A stretch of DNA of 64,000 nt, from NCBI RefSeq assembly GCF_018350175.1, contig NC_058368.1:10726001-10790000 (forward strand). Direction: 5' to 3'. A model generated the notes under the pieces. The model ran no database searches, was not told the origin of the DNA, and was given only the letters and a program-made list of their open reading frames with translations. The translations under genes and the position numbers were made by a program. Below are positions 11,575-25,574 of this stretch, one piece after another. Source of the DNA: Felis catus. Taxonomy: Eukaryota. Each line of letters opens with the position of its first letter. Positions within the stretch are counted from its first letter, which is position 1.

Positions 11575-13991
11575 TAAAATGTAAAACATCAGAGCTTGTT
11601 AATAACTTTTATGTAGCTTCTGTTCTTGCAGAGGAATATGGAAACATAACGTGTTTTGTTTGTTTGTTTTTTGCCACGTTCAGGGATTCTGCTCCTTGGA
11701 GAGAGACTAGGAAGGCTTATGTCAGGCTACCAGTCCACTGGTATAACAGATCAGCTCGTGTTATTAGTTATTACTTTTTCTTTAGCATGAACCTGTAGTC
11801 TTGCCCAGGGCATAGATAATTTAGCCACGGAATGTCTGCTTATTAATGCTTCATCATCTCTTCGTTCGTTATGTTCTCAAACTCATCTCTAACTCTGTTT
11901 GCTTTGTAACTGTGTTCTGCTATTTTTTTTATTAAGGTTGCTAGAAATTTAATTTAAAAATATTAAAAAATAATCAGCTTTAGATTCCATATATTTTATT
12001 ATTTTCAGTTTTCTAGCTTTTCAGCTTTAAATTTTAATTTATTTTCCTGGTTTTGTTTTGTTTGGTTTGGTTTGAATTTACATCCAAGTTAGTTAACATG
12101 TTGTGTAATAATGATTTCAGGAATAGAATTTAGTGTTTTATCACCTACATACAACACCCAGTGCTCATCCCAACAAGTGTCTTCCTTAATGCCCCTTGCC
12201 TATTTAGCCTATCCCCCCACCCAAACACCCTCCAGCAACTCTCAGTTTGTTTTCTGTATTTAAGAGTCTCTTAGGGTTTGTCTCCCTCCCTGTTTTTATA
12301 TTATTTTTACTTCCCTTCATTTATGTTGATCTTTTGTATCTCAAATTCCACCTAGGAGTGAAGTCATATGATATTTGTCTTTCTCTGACTGATTTCACTT
12401 AGCGTAATACGCTCCAGTTCCAGCCACGTTGTTGCACATGGCAAGATTTCATTCTTTTTCATCTCTGAGTAGTATTTCATTGTATATATGAACAACATCT
12501 TTATCCATTCATCAGTTGATGGACATTTCAGCTCCTTTCATATTTTGGCTATTGTTGATAGTCTTGCTATAAACATTGGGGTGCATGTGCCCCTTCAAAA
12601 CAGCACTCTGGTATCCTTTGGATAAATACCTAGTAGTGCAATTGCTGGGTCGTAGGGTAGTTCTATTTTTAATTTTTTTGAGGAAACTCCATACTGTTTT
12701 CCAGAGAGGTTGCAATAGTTTGCATTCCCAACAGCAGTGCAAAAGGGTTCTTTTTTCTCCACATCCTCGCCAACATCTGCTGTTGCCTGAGTTGTTTATT
12801 TTAGCCATTCTGACTGGTGTGAGGTGGTATCTCATTGTGGTTTTAATTTGTATTTCCCTGATGATGAGTGATGGTGAGCATGTTTTCATGTGTCTGTTAG
12901 CCATCTGGATGTCTTTTTTGGAGAAGTGTCTATTCATGTCTTTTGCCCATTTCTTCACAGGATTATTTGTTTTTTTGGGTGTTGAGTTTGCTAAGTTCTT
13001 TATAGATTTTGGATACTAACCTTTTATCTGATAAGTCATTTGCAAATATATTCTCCCATTCTGTCGATTGCCTTTTAGTTTTGCTGATCGTTTCATTTGC
13101 TGTGCAGATTTTTATCTTGATGAGGTTCCAATAGCTTTTGTTTCCCTTACCTCTGGACGCATGTCAGTTAAGAGTTGCTGTGGCCAAGGTCAAAGAGGTT
13201 GTTGCCTGTTTTCTCCTCTAGGATTTTGATGGCCTCTTGTCTTATGTTTAGGTCTTTCAACCATTTTGAGTTTACTTTTGTGTATGGTATAAGAAAGTGG
13301 TCCAGGTTCACTCTTCTGCATGTCACTGTCCAGGTTTCCCAACAGCATCTGCTGAACACATTGTCTTTTTTTCCATTGGATATTCTTTCCTGCTTTGTCA
13401 AAAATTAGTTGGCCATACGTTTGTGGATCCATTTCTAGGTTCTCTATTCTGTTCCATTGATCTGTGTGTCTGTTTTTGTGCCAGTACCATCCTGTCTTAA
13501 TGATTACAGCTTTGTAACACAGATTGAAGTCTGGAATTGTGATGCCTCCAGCTTTGGTTTTCTTTTTCAGGATTGTTTTGGCTATTCCGGGTCTTTTCTG
13601 GTGCCATACAAATTTTAGAATTGTTTGTTCTAGCTTTGTGAGGAATGCTGGTATTATTTTGATAGGAATTGCATTGACTATGTAGATTGCTTTGGGTAGT
13701 ATCGACATTTTAAGAATATTTATTCTTCTAAACCATGAGCATGGAATGTTTTTCCATTTTTTGTGTCTTCTTCAATTTATTTCATAAGCTTTCTATAGTT
13801 TTTAGTGTATAGATTTTTCACTTCATTGGTTAGGTTTATTCCTAGGTACTTTGTGGTTTTTGGTGCAATTATAAATGGGAACAATTCCTTGATTTCTCTT
13901 TCTATTGCTTCATTACTGGGGTATAGAAATGCAACCAATTTCTTTACATTGATTTTATGTAACTTTAATTAATTCATGGATCAATTCTAGC

Positions 13992-13995
<4 letters not shown>

Positions 13996-14034
<39 letters not shown>
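13996..14034. repeat. (TG)n microsatellite inside L1 ORF2
   Basis: Directly visible. Confidence 0.96.
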
Positions 14035-14037
<3 letters not shown>

Positions 14038-14783
14038 CTTTTGGGTTTTCCACATAGACTATCGTGTCATCTGCAGAGTGAAAGTTTGACTTCCTCCTTG
14101 TCAATTTGGATGCCTTTTATTTTTGTGTTGTCTAATTTCTGAGGCTAGCACTTCCAACACAATGTGGAAAATAGTGGTGAAAGTGGGTATTCTTGTGTTC
14201 CTGACCTTAGGGAAAGCTCTCAGTTTTTCCCCATTGAGGATGATATTAGTGGTGGGTCTTTCATATATGACTTTTATGATCTTGAGGTGTGATCATTCTA
14301 TCCCTACTTTCTTGAGGGTTTTTATCAAGAAAGAATCCTATATTTTGTCAAATGCTTTCTCTGTATCCATTAATCATGTGGTTCTTATCTTGTCTTTTAT
14401 TAATGTGATGTATCACACTGATTGATTTATGGATAGTAAACCAGCCCTGTATCCCAAGAATAAATCCCACTTGATTTTGTAATAATTCTTTAATGTATTG
14501 TTGGAGCTTGTTTGCTAGTATCTTGTTGAGAATTTTTGCATCCATATTCATCAGGGAACTTTGTAGTTATCCTTTTTAGTGGGGTCTTTGGCTTTGGAAT
14601 CAAGGTAATGCTGGCCTCATAGAATGAGTTTGGAAGTTTTCCTTCCATTTTTATTTTTTATATCAGTTTCAAAATAACAGGTGTTAACTCTTCTTTAAAT
14701 GTTTGGTAGAATTCCCCTGGAAAACCATCCGGCCCCAAACTCTTATTTGTTGGGAGATTTTTGATTACCAATTCAATTTCTTT

Positions 14784-15003
14784 TTTTTTTTTAATTTTTT
14801 TCAACGTTTTTTATTTATTTTTGGGACAGAGATAGAGCATGAACGGGGGAGGGGCAGAGAGAGAGGGAGACACAGAATCGGAAACTGGCTCCAGGCTCTG
14901 AGCCATCAGCCCAGAGTCTGACGCGGGGCTCGAACTCACGGACCGTGAGATCGTGAGCTGGCTGAAGTCGGACGCTTAACCGACTGTGCCACCCAGGCGC
15001 CCC
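14784..15003 (-). mobile_element. Young felid SINE nested in L1 ORF2
   Basis: TSD attcaatttcttt at 14771-14783 and 15007-15019. Confidence 0.96.
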
Positions 15004-16479
15004 CCGATTCAATTTCTTTATGGTAATGGGATCTCTTCAAATTTTCTATTTCTTCCGGTTTCAGTTTTGGTAGTTTGTATGTTTCTAGGAATTTGTCCAT
15101 TTCTTCCAGATTGCCCAATTTATTGGCATTTAATTGCTCATAATATTCTCTTATTATTGCTTGTATTTCTGCAGTGTTGGTTGTGATCTCTCCTCTTTTA
15201 TTCTTGATTCTATTTATTTGGGTCTTTTCCTTTTTCTTTTTGATCTGGTTAAGGGTTTGTCAATTTTGTTAATTCTTTCAAAGAACCAGCTCCTGGTTTC
15301 ATTGATCTGTTCTACTGGTTTTTGTTGTTGGTGTTGTTTGTTTGTTCTCATTTGGTACATTTAATACCTGCTCTAATCTTTATTATTTCCCATCTTCTGC
15401 TGTTTTGGGGCTTTCTTTGCTGTTCTTTTTCCAGCTCTTTAAGGTGTAAGATTATGTTGTGTATTTGACACCTTTCTTCCTTCTTTAGGAAGGCCTAGAT
15501 TGCTATATACTTCCCTCTTATGACCACCTTTGCTGCATCCCAGAGGTTTTGGGCTGTTGTGTTTTCATTTTCATTGGCTTCCATGTACTTTTTAATTTTC
15601 TCTTTAATTTCTGGTTAACCCATTCATTCTTTAGTGGGATGTTCTTTAATCTCGAAGTATTCATGGTCTTTCCAAATTTTTTCTTGTGGCTGATTTCGAG
15701 TTTCACAGCCTTGTGGTCTGAAAATATGAAAGGTCTGATCTTGATCTTTTTGTACTTGTTAAGGTCTGATTTGTGTCCCAGTATGTGATCTATACTGGAG
15801 AATGTTCCATGTGCACTTGAGAAGAATGTGTATTCTGCTGCTTTAGGATAAAACGTTCTGAATATATCCGTTAAACCCATCTGGTCTAGTATGTCATTCA
15901 AAGTCATTGTTTCTTTGCTGATTTTCTGCTTAGATGATCTATACATTGCTGTACATGGGGTGTTGAAGTCCCATACTTTTATGGTATTATTACCAATCAG
16001 TTTCTCTATGTTTGTGATCAATTTATATATTAATTATTAATTAATTTATTATATATGCTTCACATTGGGGGCATAAATATTTACAACTGTTAGATCTTCT
16101 TGGTGGATAGACACCTTAATTATGATATAATTCCCTTCTTCATTTCTTGGGAGAGTCTTTGTTTTAAAATCTAGCTTGTCTGATAAAGTAGGGCTACACC
16201 AGCTTTCTTTTGGCAATCATTAGCATGATAGATGGTTCTCCATCTCCTTACTTTCAATCTGCAGGTGTCTTTAGATCTAAAATGGGTCTCTTGTAAGCAG
16301 CATATAGATGGGTCTTGTTTTCTTATCCATTCTGATACCTTATGTCTTTTGATTGGAGAATTTAGTCCATTGACATTTAGAGTGAGTACTGAAAGATATG
16401 AATTTTGTGCCATTGTGTTACCTGTAGAGTTGGAATTTCTGGGGATGTTCTCTGGTCCTTTCTCATCTTTGTTGCTTTT

Positions 16480-17390
16480 GGTCTTGTTTTTGTTTTGTTT
16501 CAGCTTTTCTCTACTTAAAGAGTCCTCCTTAAAATTTCTTCCAGGGCTGGTTTAGTGGTCAAAACTCCTTCAGTTTTTGTTTGTCTGGGAACTATCTTTC
16601 CTATTTTGAATGACAACATTGCTGGATAAAGAATTCTTGGCTGTACATTTTTCTGATCCAGGACGTTGAATATATCCTACCACTCCTTTCTGGCCTGCCA
16701 AGTGTCTGTGGATAGGTCTGCTGCATACCCGATCTGTATTCTCTCATAAGTTAAAACCTTTCTGCACTTGCTGCTTTCATAATTCTCTCCCTGTCTGTGT
16801 ATTTTGTGAATTTGACTATAATATGCCATGGTTATGTTCGGTTTTTATTGCATCTATTAACAACAAAGTTGTTCTCTGTGCTTCTTGGATTTGGGGATTT
16901 TGGTATCTGTGTCCTTCCCCAGATTAGGAAAGTTTTCCACTAGAATTTTCTCACATAAACCTTTTTCTCTCTCTTCATCTTCTAAGACTCCTATGATTTG
17001 GATGTTATTCCTTTTTAATAAGTCAATGAGTTCTCTAAGTCTTCTGTCATGCTCTTTTGCCTTAGTTTTCCTCTCTTTTTCTGCTTCATTTTTCTCCATA
17101 ATTTTGTCTTCTATATCATCGATTTACTACGCTGCTTTGTCCATCCTTGCTGCCACAGCATCCATTTGAGATTGCATCTCAGTTATAGCATTTTTAAATT
17201 CATCCTGACTAGATTTTACTTCTTTTATCTCCACAGAAATGGATTCTATGCTTTTTTTTAACCCCAGTTACTATTCTTAGTATTGTGATTCTAAATTCTA
17301 GTTCAGACATCTTGCTTATATCTGTGTTAAGACCCTGGCTCTCATTTCTTCCTGTTCTTTCTTTTGGGGTGAATTCCTTCATTTTGTCAT
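16480..17390 (-). pseudogene. L1 ORF1, disrupted
   Basis: Start ATG ACA AAA TGA (early stop), then NSPQKKEQEEM; ORF-track piece LKRNNIQIIGV...ENFPNLGK. Lower boundary approximate. Confidence 0.88.
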
Positions 17391-19690
17391 TTTGGAGGAT
17401 GAAAAAATTAATAAACTAAAAATTAAAGTTAAAAAAATAAAAACACAAAAAAATCAAACAAAGGTAGCTGGATCCTAGGTGTGTTTGGTCTGCTTGTTGA
17501 AAGAAGATTTATAGAATAGAGAAAAAAGGGTAAGAAAAGAGAGAAGAAAAAAAGAACTAAAAAATTAAAAAATTAAGAAATATGTATAGAATAGAATAAA
17601 ATAAAGTGAAATAGAATAAAATTTTACAAAAAAATTTAAAAAAACAGTAAAAAATTAAAAAAAATAAAAATAAAAATTTCTCTTTCTGTATGCAATACAA
17701 AGAAAAGAAAGGATGGGAAAAAAAAGAAAAAACAATTTAAACAAAGACAGAAGCAAAAAAAGAAAGAATAAGTAAACCAGCACACAGAATGAAACCTGAA
17801 TGAAGTTACATCCAGTTTCCCCTAGAATTCAAACTATGAAGCATTCAATAGTCCATACACTAAGTAGGCAGAGAGACTTGTACTGGTCTTCTAGGGGATG
17901 TGGTTGCAGGCGCAGTTGGGTGGGGCTTGGTGTAATGCCTCCATTCTCCACTAGGTGGCACCAGGTGGCACTGCTTACTGGGGTGGATTGGTGTGGCACA
18001 CGTGTGTGTGTCCATGTATGCATGCTGCAGGAAAGGTGGAAAAGGCTTCACCCAGCTTCCTAATCTCTGGCGCAGGAACTCTGTGCTCTCACTGACCCAC
18101 AATCAAGCACCCCTCCTTTGTCTCAGGCTTCTGTCCAGTCCCGGCCTCTACCCTGTCCATGTCCAAGCTGTCAACCAGCCAGGTGGCACCTCCCTCTGAA
18201 GTTTTATCTCAGATGGGGCTGTGTTTCAAAACCCCTCACTTCAGAGAACCCTGTGGCTTGGACCCATGCCAACTCCCTGGGGAAGGGTCTCACTGAGAAG
18301 TGGCTGGGTGCCAGCTTGCCCCAGAAAATGTTCATGCCATCATGCAGTGGCAGAGGTTCAGAAATTACAGCAAATCACAATACACAGCTGGTGCCAGGTT
18401 TCACTGCACTCTGGCATCTTTGTCCCAATACCAGCAAATGTGGCTGCTCTCGGGGGTCTGCTTGCACCTTTGCCTGCGCGGAGGCCATATGACCTCTACC
18501 AAATGCTCTCCAAGCAGGGAATTGCTTCTCCCCATGTGGCACACGGACCCCTCATACCCCGCTGCCTGCTCCTGGGGATTCACCCTTTTTCCTCACCAGA
18601 GCACCGCCAGGCACTGAGCTCCAGCATTTCTGACTCTGTGCTCTACTGTTTATAGAATCCTGGTGGTATTGAAACCCTCTCCTTTCTTCCCATCAACGGA
18701 TTTGGGAAACAGATTTCTTGTTCAGTTCCCTGTGAGTGTTTTCACTCTTTTCCTTTCTCTCCAGCTCCTTTCAGGGAGTGTTTTTCCTGCACTCTCCCAG
18801 TGCACCGTACCCCTTCTCCCTTTCTCTGTCCTCTCTCTGCAAAAACAGCTCCCTACCCTCCATGGCTTTTCTCTCTCCCGGTTCATCTCTCTGCACCATG
18901 TACCTGCTGAGTTCTGTGGCTCAAGTTATGCAGATTGTTGTGTTAATCCTCAGATCAATTTCCTGGCTGGGTGTGCAAAAATAGTTCGGTGCTGATCTAG
19001 CTGCATTTCAGGGACGAGACCAGCTGAGAACTTCGGTGCTGCTCTGCCATCTTGCCTAACCTCCTTTTGTTTTTGTCTTTTCCTTGAGCTGAATGTTTAA
19101 TTCATTTTCCTGGAAACTCATATAGTCTTTCCCAAACTAATAATCTTAAATTCACAATATACATAGGACATTTATATTTGCTAATAATTGTTATTTCCTG
19201 ATAGAGACATAAGACATTACACAACAAGTAACACCTCTATTGTCTTATGAGAAATTTACATCTACAATGATCTCCAGCAAGGTCATTCCCTGTGCCGTGC
19301 TTTTCTTAGTTTTTCTAGGGGAAAGGGAAAATAGAATATCTTGATAAACCACACCTCTCATCACTTTCCTTCTTTCTGTGTTAAGTTCATTTTTCACTGT
19401 TGAATTTCATTTGCTAGCTCATCAACGCCACTTAAAATGGCAAAGCAAGTTCAAATACACATTGCCATTAAAAAAAGGAAAAAGGTGGTAATTCTCATTG
19501 CTTCTTAGAGGGAAAATGTGATGGCAGCCTGCTGTTAGTAAATTTGGGTTAAATTTACAATGACTTTGTTATCCCCAGATGAAAATGTTAATTTACTTGG
19601 GTGAATTTGTACCAATACCTCTTAACTAAAAAGGCGTGAAATATGCTTCCTTCTATCAACTATACCATCATAAAAAAGCTCTTCCCCTCC

Positions 19691-19798
19691 ATTAATTCAA
19701 AAAGATGTATGCACCCTTATGTGTATTGTAGCATTTTTTACAAGAACCAAGATATGGAAGCAGTCCAAGTGTTCATCGATAGCTGAAGAGATAAAGTA

Positions 19799-19845
<47 letters not shown>

Positions 19846-20191
19846 ATTGAATATTACTTAGTCATTAAAAGAATGAAATCTTGCCATTCACAACAACATA
19901 GATGTACCTAGAGGGCATTATGCTTAAGTGAGATAAGTCAGACAAAGATAAATACTTATGATTTCACTTATATGTGAAATCTAAAAACAACAAACCAAAT
20001 GAACAAAAAACCCATAAAAAAGACTTACAAACACAGAGGAAAAAACTGGGGGTTGCCAGAGAAGAAGGGGGGTAAGGATGGGGGGAATAGGCAAAATAGG
20101 TGAAGGGGATTAAGAGGTACTAACTTCTAGTTATAAAATAAATGAGTAATGAGGATGAAAAATATAGTCAATTAAAAAGGATTAAAAAAAA
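19691..20191 (+). mobile_element. 5'-truncated L1 3' end with internal (TA)n at 19800-19841
   Basis: gatatggaagcagtccaagtg, gaatgaaatcttgccatt, ctagagggcattatgc motifs; A-rich tail. Confidence 0.9.
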
Positions 20192-22409
20192 TACCTCTGC
20201 TCCTCAAGGCAACAGGAATTTGAATTTCTGGCTGTGTTGCTTTGCCATTAGCATGTCATTTAATGACATCACAACATGCCTTTAGTTGCAACACAAACAG
20301 AACTTGCCCCATGTCTTAGACCCTTGATCCCTCTTGCTAAGACAGCTTCTGGATGTTAAGCTACACACAGAAACACAAAAGAAATGAGACAGCATTCTGC
20401 CCTAGTTTACCCAACATCCCACCACATGAGACACTCTGGGATAATTTTATGGCTAGTGCATTTTCTAATATTTTTAAAGTTGCCTCCCCTATCAGCTACT
20501 CTAGATTCTGAACCCACAAAGTATTGAGATGCAGAATTCAAAGATGCCTGGTTTGTAAAGGAGGGAAACCGCAAAGCAGAGGACCTCTCAATAAGTTCTT
20601 TCCATACTTACTGCCGACCTGCTGAGACACTGTTTGCATGCTCAAATAGCTGTTATTTTTAGAACTTGGACTACTATAAACATTTTTGCCCTCTGGGCAG
20701 CATTCTGCATTTGCATGACGAGTGGTTGGTTCCTCTCCTCCAAGGAGAACTTTCTACAGCTTATTCCCCAGGAGCACTACTTCTGGGGTGACTTTTGAGG
20801 GCCCTAAACAGACCCTCCAAGCCTAAAATGTTTCTCCCACTGACCTGAAAATATGCCTGTGGGCTTGAACTGAACGAGGGACTTCTGGTAGCTGAAAACA
20901 GTAACAAATTAGTTAGCTAGAATTAGCTAGCTGGAATCGATTTATCACTCCTTGCTCCCTGGCAGAGGAAATGAGACCCAGAATAGAAATATTTCCAGGG
21001 CAGAAGATTGGAGCTGTCTGGAGCTGGGAGCAACTTGAGGTCAGGCCTGAAAGCTGATTAACTATTGAGTTACTAAGCAAGCGCTGCCCATCCATTGAGT
21101 GCCAGGCACTGGGCTGGGTGATGGTGTTACAAGGTGAAGGGCCATCAGGGGCCACCACGGTAGCTTGGGGTGATGGAGGCAGATGACAGGGTTGGCCAGC
21201 CACTCTGAAAAGTGTGTGGATTGGGGAGGGTATCCTGTGTTTGTATCTGTGGGGACATGGCCAGGCAGGCCTTGAACAATCACCTCTTCCAATCAGCACA
21301 TGGTTTCTGGCTATTGAACCACCAGCACTCTCCCCAGCGGTCCCTCTCTGTACTTGGCTAGCTCACTCCCCCTTAACCAGAAATATCTACTGTGGCATAT
21401 CTGAAATGTGGCATTTCTTCCATAGTTCTGGATTATTGACAGGAACGTCAGCTTGAAACCAATCTCTCAGATACGCTTTCTAGACAGCTCACCAGAGGAC
21501 AGTACTCATTCTCCCCTAACCTTCAGAAAACAAAGCATTATGATTTCACCTCGTTTACAAGTAAATTCTAATGAAGCACCTGATGTAAATGCAAAGTACC
21601 TAAAATGTACTCCATGCTTTGAAATTAATTCCAAAGCAAACTGGCATTTATCTTTGATTTAGAAAGGGGGGAAGTCACTTTCCCTTTTGTTCTTTAAAAT
21701 TTGTATAATGATTACAGAGGGAAAATGAGAGGACACGAAGTACAGAAAATGAATTACCATCCAGTGCAGCACAGTTCCTTTTCCAGAAAGTCAAATGTCA
21801 TTTGCCTTTGAGCTGAGGAGCCTCCTTTGGGATCCTTATAAAGACTTTTTTCCCCTTTCTTCCTCTTGTATTGTCCAAATTAAATTTTCATCATTTAAGG
21901 AAATCTAGTTGTTTTTCTTTTATTCAGGCTATGCTGTAATAGTAATCAGAGTCTCTGAGAAATAAGTAGGTCACATGAATTTATTTCAAAGTAGGATTTG
22001 GTGCTCAGAGAGAATCATTATGGAAATTATCAGGGAAACACAATTCAGGCATTGATAACGGTGGTAAAAACCAGATACCGCCTAAAACAGAACATGAGCC
22101 ATTGGGTTTAGAAATTCGCAGGCCATTGATGACTTAGTCCTAATTGTAACACAAGTATTTATTTCTGAGCTTTCAGTAAACTTTACACCAATTTTAATTA
22201 CCTTCTGATTGCAAGTGGTAGTTTAAAAAAATGGGTACGGAAGGGGCTTGGCTCATCGTATGCTAGGGCTGTGAGGGATAAGACTCACTGAAGTTCAGTG
22301 TCTGTCCTCATCTCATTTAAAATTCACTTTCTAGCCTGACCTACAATATGAGATAATGGATAATATATGTCTTCCAAGACAGAGTTTTTATTTACCAGTG
22401 GCTAAGGTG

Positions 22410-22857
22410 TATCGTAGAGAAACAGGTCTGGATACTAGTTAAAGCTGGTCAAGACAGATTTTATTCAGTATTATTACTGTAAGGGAGAGAGGCTACCATA
22501 AAACTGAGCTCAACTCCAAACGCGGCAAAAACATCTGGGAATTTATAGCCAACTAGCAGAGTGAGAGGGAGCAGTAGGTAGAAAATTGCTATGAGAGCCA
22601 TCAAGAATAAAGGGATTCCTGCTAAATGGATCTAACAGAATTCTTGCTAAAGGCAGGCCAAGGATTTAGACATCATGAGTGGGGATGAGGAATTTGATCA
22701 GATACCCAAAATGGAGGGACTCTCCCTAAACCAACCTTGCAAGATTCTTGCTAAAACCAGGCTTGGTAGGCCAAGAACAGAGCACAAGGATGAGGCCTAG
22801 TTGAAAAAAGGGCTCAGGGGAGCTTGTCTAAAGTTTGATCAAGGTGAGTCTTTGTTA
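22410..22857 (-). mobile_element. MER31-like ERV1 solo LTR
   Basis: Reverse complement starts taacaaagactcaccttgatcaaactttag; 4-bp TSD ggtg at 22406-22409 and 22858-22861. Confidence 0.82.
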
Positions 22858-23699
22858 GGTGGCAAATACATAGCATCCCATTAGCCCAATCTAATCAATC
22901 GATAGTGTTTGGCCCCACCTCTTTAGAAGCATGTTGACTTTTTCTCTGGGTTTGGAGTCAATTAGAGGTTCCCAGCCCTAGTGCAGCAGGGAGGATGCAT
23001 CTCAAACACATCACGTGGCTGTGTTTCTGCTTCAGAAGAACACGAATCCCTTCTTCCTGCTCAAAGGCTGGTTCTTCTAGTCCAGTGGCTCTCTGGACTA
23101 GAGAGTGAATATCAGAATCACAGCCATCCATCTTTCTCAAAATACAACCACCCCAACACAGTAACTTCCAGATGACAGAAAACAGACGTGTATGGGCACA
23201 GGCATTGCGAGGATGGGGTAAGTAACCAGTAAGAGCAGACTCTGCCAAGAAACCACCCACCCCCTTCACTGTATGGAAATCAATGAGTGAAGCAGGAAAT
23301 CTCTATGGAGCTGAGTTGAGAACATGCACCACTTCTTCAAGTATCTTGGAGAAGTGAGGTAGACCTTTTAAAATTAGAAAATAAATAATAAAATACATGC
23401 CAGATCAAAGCAGATGTTTTTGTCACATGTTTCTTGCACAGAGTCAGTTGGCTCTACTAGCCAAGAGGCCTGTCCTCCAGAACATCAATTCTCTTAAAAA
23501 GGAGAGGGGTTTAGGGCCAGAGCTCTGTGACTGCTCAAATGGGAATGTTCCTGACCTTTTCCCTTACATGCACCCTTCAAGACTAGTGACTTGAAATGCC
23601 AATTGTCAGTGACTAGTCACAGAAATAACATAAGGACAGATTCAAGCTGTCTCAGTCAATCCCTCTGCCACGTTTGAGGATTTAATTTTACTTGGTTTT

Positions 23700-23906
23700 T
23701 GATTTTTTCTAAAGTTTATTAACTTATTTCGGGAAAGAGTGTGAGTAAGAGGGGGGTAGAAAGAGAGGGAGAGAGAAAATCCCAAGCAGGCTCCGTGCTG
23801 TCAGCACAGAGCCCAGTGAGGGGCTCAGTCCCATGGACGTGAGATCGTGACCGGAGCTGAAACCAAGAGTCAGATGCTCAGCTGACTGAGGCACCCAGGT
23901 GTCCCC
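23700..23906 (-). mobile_element. Can-SINE, older subfamily
   Basis: aatcccaagcaggctccgtgctgtcagcacagagccc; ends caggtgtcccc. Confidence 0.94.
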
Positions 23907-24115
23907 ATTTGTGAGATTTTACAGCTCATTTTGTTAAAACTTGTTGTATTTTCTATCTTAGGGTAGATATTGAACTTACTGGTCTTAGGTAAAAATGCTT
24001 GTATTCTTACCATTACATTTGATTATTAGGTATTCAAATTCTCATCCTAGAGCAATTTCTACTTTATTTAGTAACTAGATGTGAAGACTAGATTTCACTT
24101 CATAACCTAAATGTT

Positions 24116-24345
24116 CATTGATTCATCCAACAAATCGTTTTATGAACTCTCTATGTTCCTGGTGCAGGGGTTTAGTCTCAGGAAAGAAAAAGTCCCTGTG
24201 TTCACGGAAGATAGAATGACAGGAAGTGATAAATGTTGTAAAGAAGGAAGTGAGGTAAAGGCTGAAGAACAACAGAAGAGGTGATGTTTGAACAGATACC
24301 TGAACGATGTGAGAGAAAGATTCATGTGAAGAGTCCAGGCAGACA
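24116..24345 (-). mobile_element. L2 3'-end relic
   Basis: cattgattcatccaacaaat...tatgttcctgg and gaggtgatgtttgaacaga motifs. Confidence 0.7.
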
Positions 24346-24694
24346 CAAGCCACTTCCTTTGTTCCCTTTCCTTGCTTGAAGGTAAATTTTATCCAGTCTA
24401 CATTCGATTCAGTCCCAAGCATTCAACGGTACCAGCCTAGAGTTTCTGACCCCACATCCCACTTCTCAATGCCTCACCTCTGTCTTCTGTCTTCCACAGA
24501 GGTGGCACATGGGAATTTCTTGGTAATGGGGTACAGCACCCTCTTGGATGGCCAGGCTCCACTCAATTTACCATTCTAGTCTTTTTCTCACTTTGCATTT
24601 TAACAGACGCTTCCCTACTTTATCCAGAATTTCTAGATAATTTGTATAGTGAGTTCTTTAAACAGTCCATGATATGGCTAGAAAAGGGATTCTG

Positions 24695-24885
24695 TCTTAT
24701 TTAATCTTAACAACAGCCCTGTGGAATATATATGTTCTCCCTATTTTACAGATGAAGTAACCGAAGCTTGGAATTGAAGTATGAGCTTGCTCAAGGTCGT
24801 ACAGCTAGTAAGGGCTACAGTGAAACTACACCCAAATCAGAGAGACTCAGAAGACTGCCTTCATCCTCATCAAACTATATTACCT
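24695..24885 (-). mobile_element. MIR relic
   Basis: attttacagatgaagtaaccgaagct...cttgctcaaggtcgtacagctagtaag. Confidence 0.85.
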
Positions 24886-25574
24886 TTCTACATAACTACT
24901 AAATTTGGTCTCTTCACAAAGACAATTTCATGGGATTCTATGGGGATTTTACTTGCTTTGCACCACACTGTGACCCAGGAGTAGAGAAGGAGATTGTCTC
25001 GGCAGAATGAAAAGCAAAATCCTGGGAGTTACCCCTCTTTGATTTCCTCATCTTCTAAATGAAAAACACTCTTCATTGCATACTTGGAGTAAGAAAATCA
25101 ACTAACCTAATTATATATATTAAAACTTCACTCTAGAGCTCCATTAAGCCCAACACAGGCATTCATTACATTTACCTAAGGACTTGAATTTATAAAAAGT
25201 TTTTAGTTTTCAGTACACGAAGCCAGAAATAAGTCTAGCAAAACTGGCATTCTCTAAGGAGTTAGAGCCTACCTGCTTTCTCTCATCTGGCTCCTGGAAC
25301 CTTGACTGCAATAGTTGAGATGACTCTACCTAGCCCAGGTATCGATCCACAAATACTTGCACGTTGTGGGGATTGGCTGAGGGGGTGTATGGGGAGAGTA
25401 ATACCTTCATGGGATTTCCTGAAGACAACCAAAGGATTGATACTGAATGTGCCATACTATGGCATGAGAACTGTACAGTTTGTTCTCTAGTTAACCTGCA
25501 CGTAGTTGTACTCTACAAAACACACAGGATATAAGGTGGAGACCAGGAGCCGCATGACGAGGTGAAATTAACAG

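Larger units (their letters stand above)
12370..16413 (-). pseudogene. L1 ORF2 (endonuclease / reverse transcriptase), disrupted
   Basis: Fragments TLNVNGLNSPIKR...[58 protein letters not shown]; frameshift at the FADD motif near 14070; (TG)n and SINE insertions. Lower boundary approximate. Confidence 0.92.
12050..19064 (-). mobile_element. Full-length inactive carnivore/felid LINE-1
   Basis: 5' start ggaggttaggcaagatggc, 5'UTR of about 1.7 kb, ORF1 and ORF2 remnants, 3'UTR and T-rich tail, all colinear. Confidence 0.95.

Noticed and set aside
13190..13708. Longest ORF (172 aa) and neighbouring long ORFs
   Set aside because: Frameshifted pieces of L1 ORF2; not host genes or an active element.
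17400..17790. Long A-rich low-complexity tract
   Set aside because: Antisense of the T-rich segment just upstream of ORF1 in this L1 5'UTR.
20709..20723. Sox-Oct composite motif (ATTTGCAT...)
   Set aside because: The octamer is present but the Sox half-site is poor; similar partial hits near 46121 and 61553 fit chance.
23609..23620. 12-bp palindrome gtgactagtcac
   Set aside because: Several such palindromes are expected by chance in 64 kb; no supporting context.
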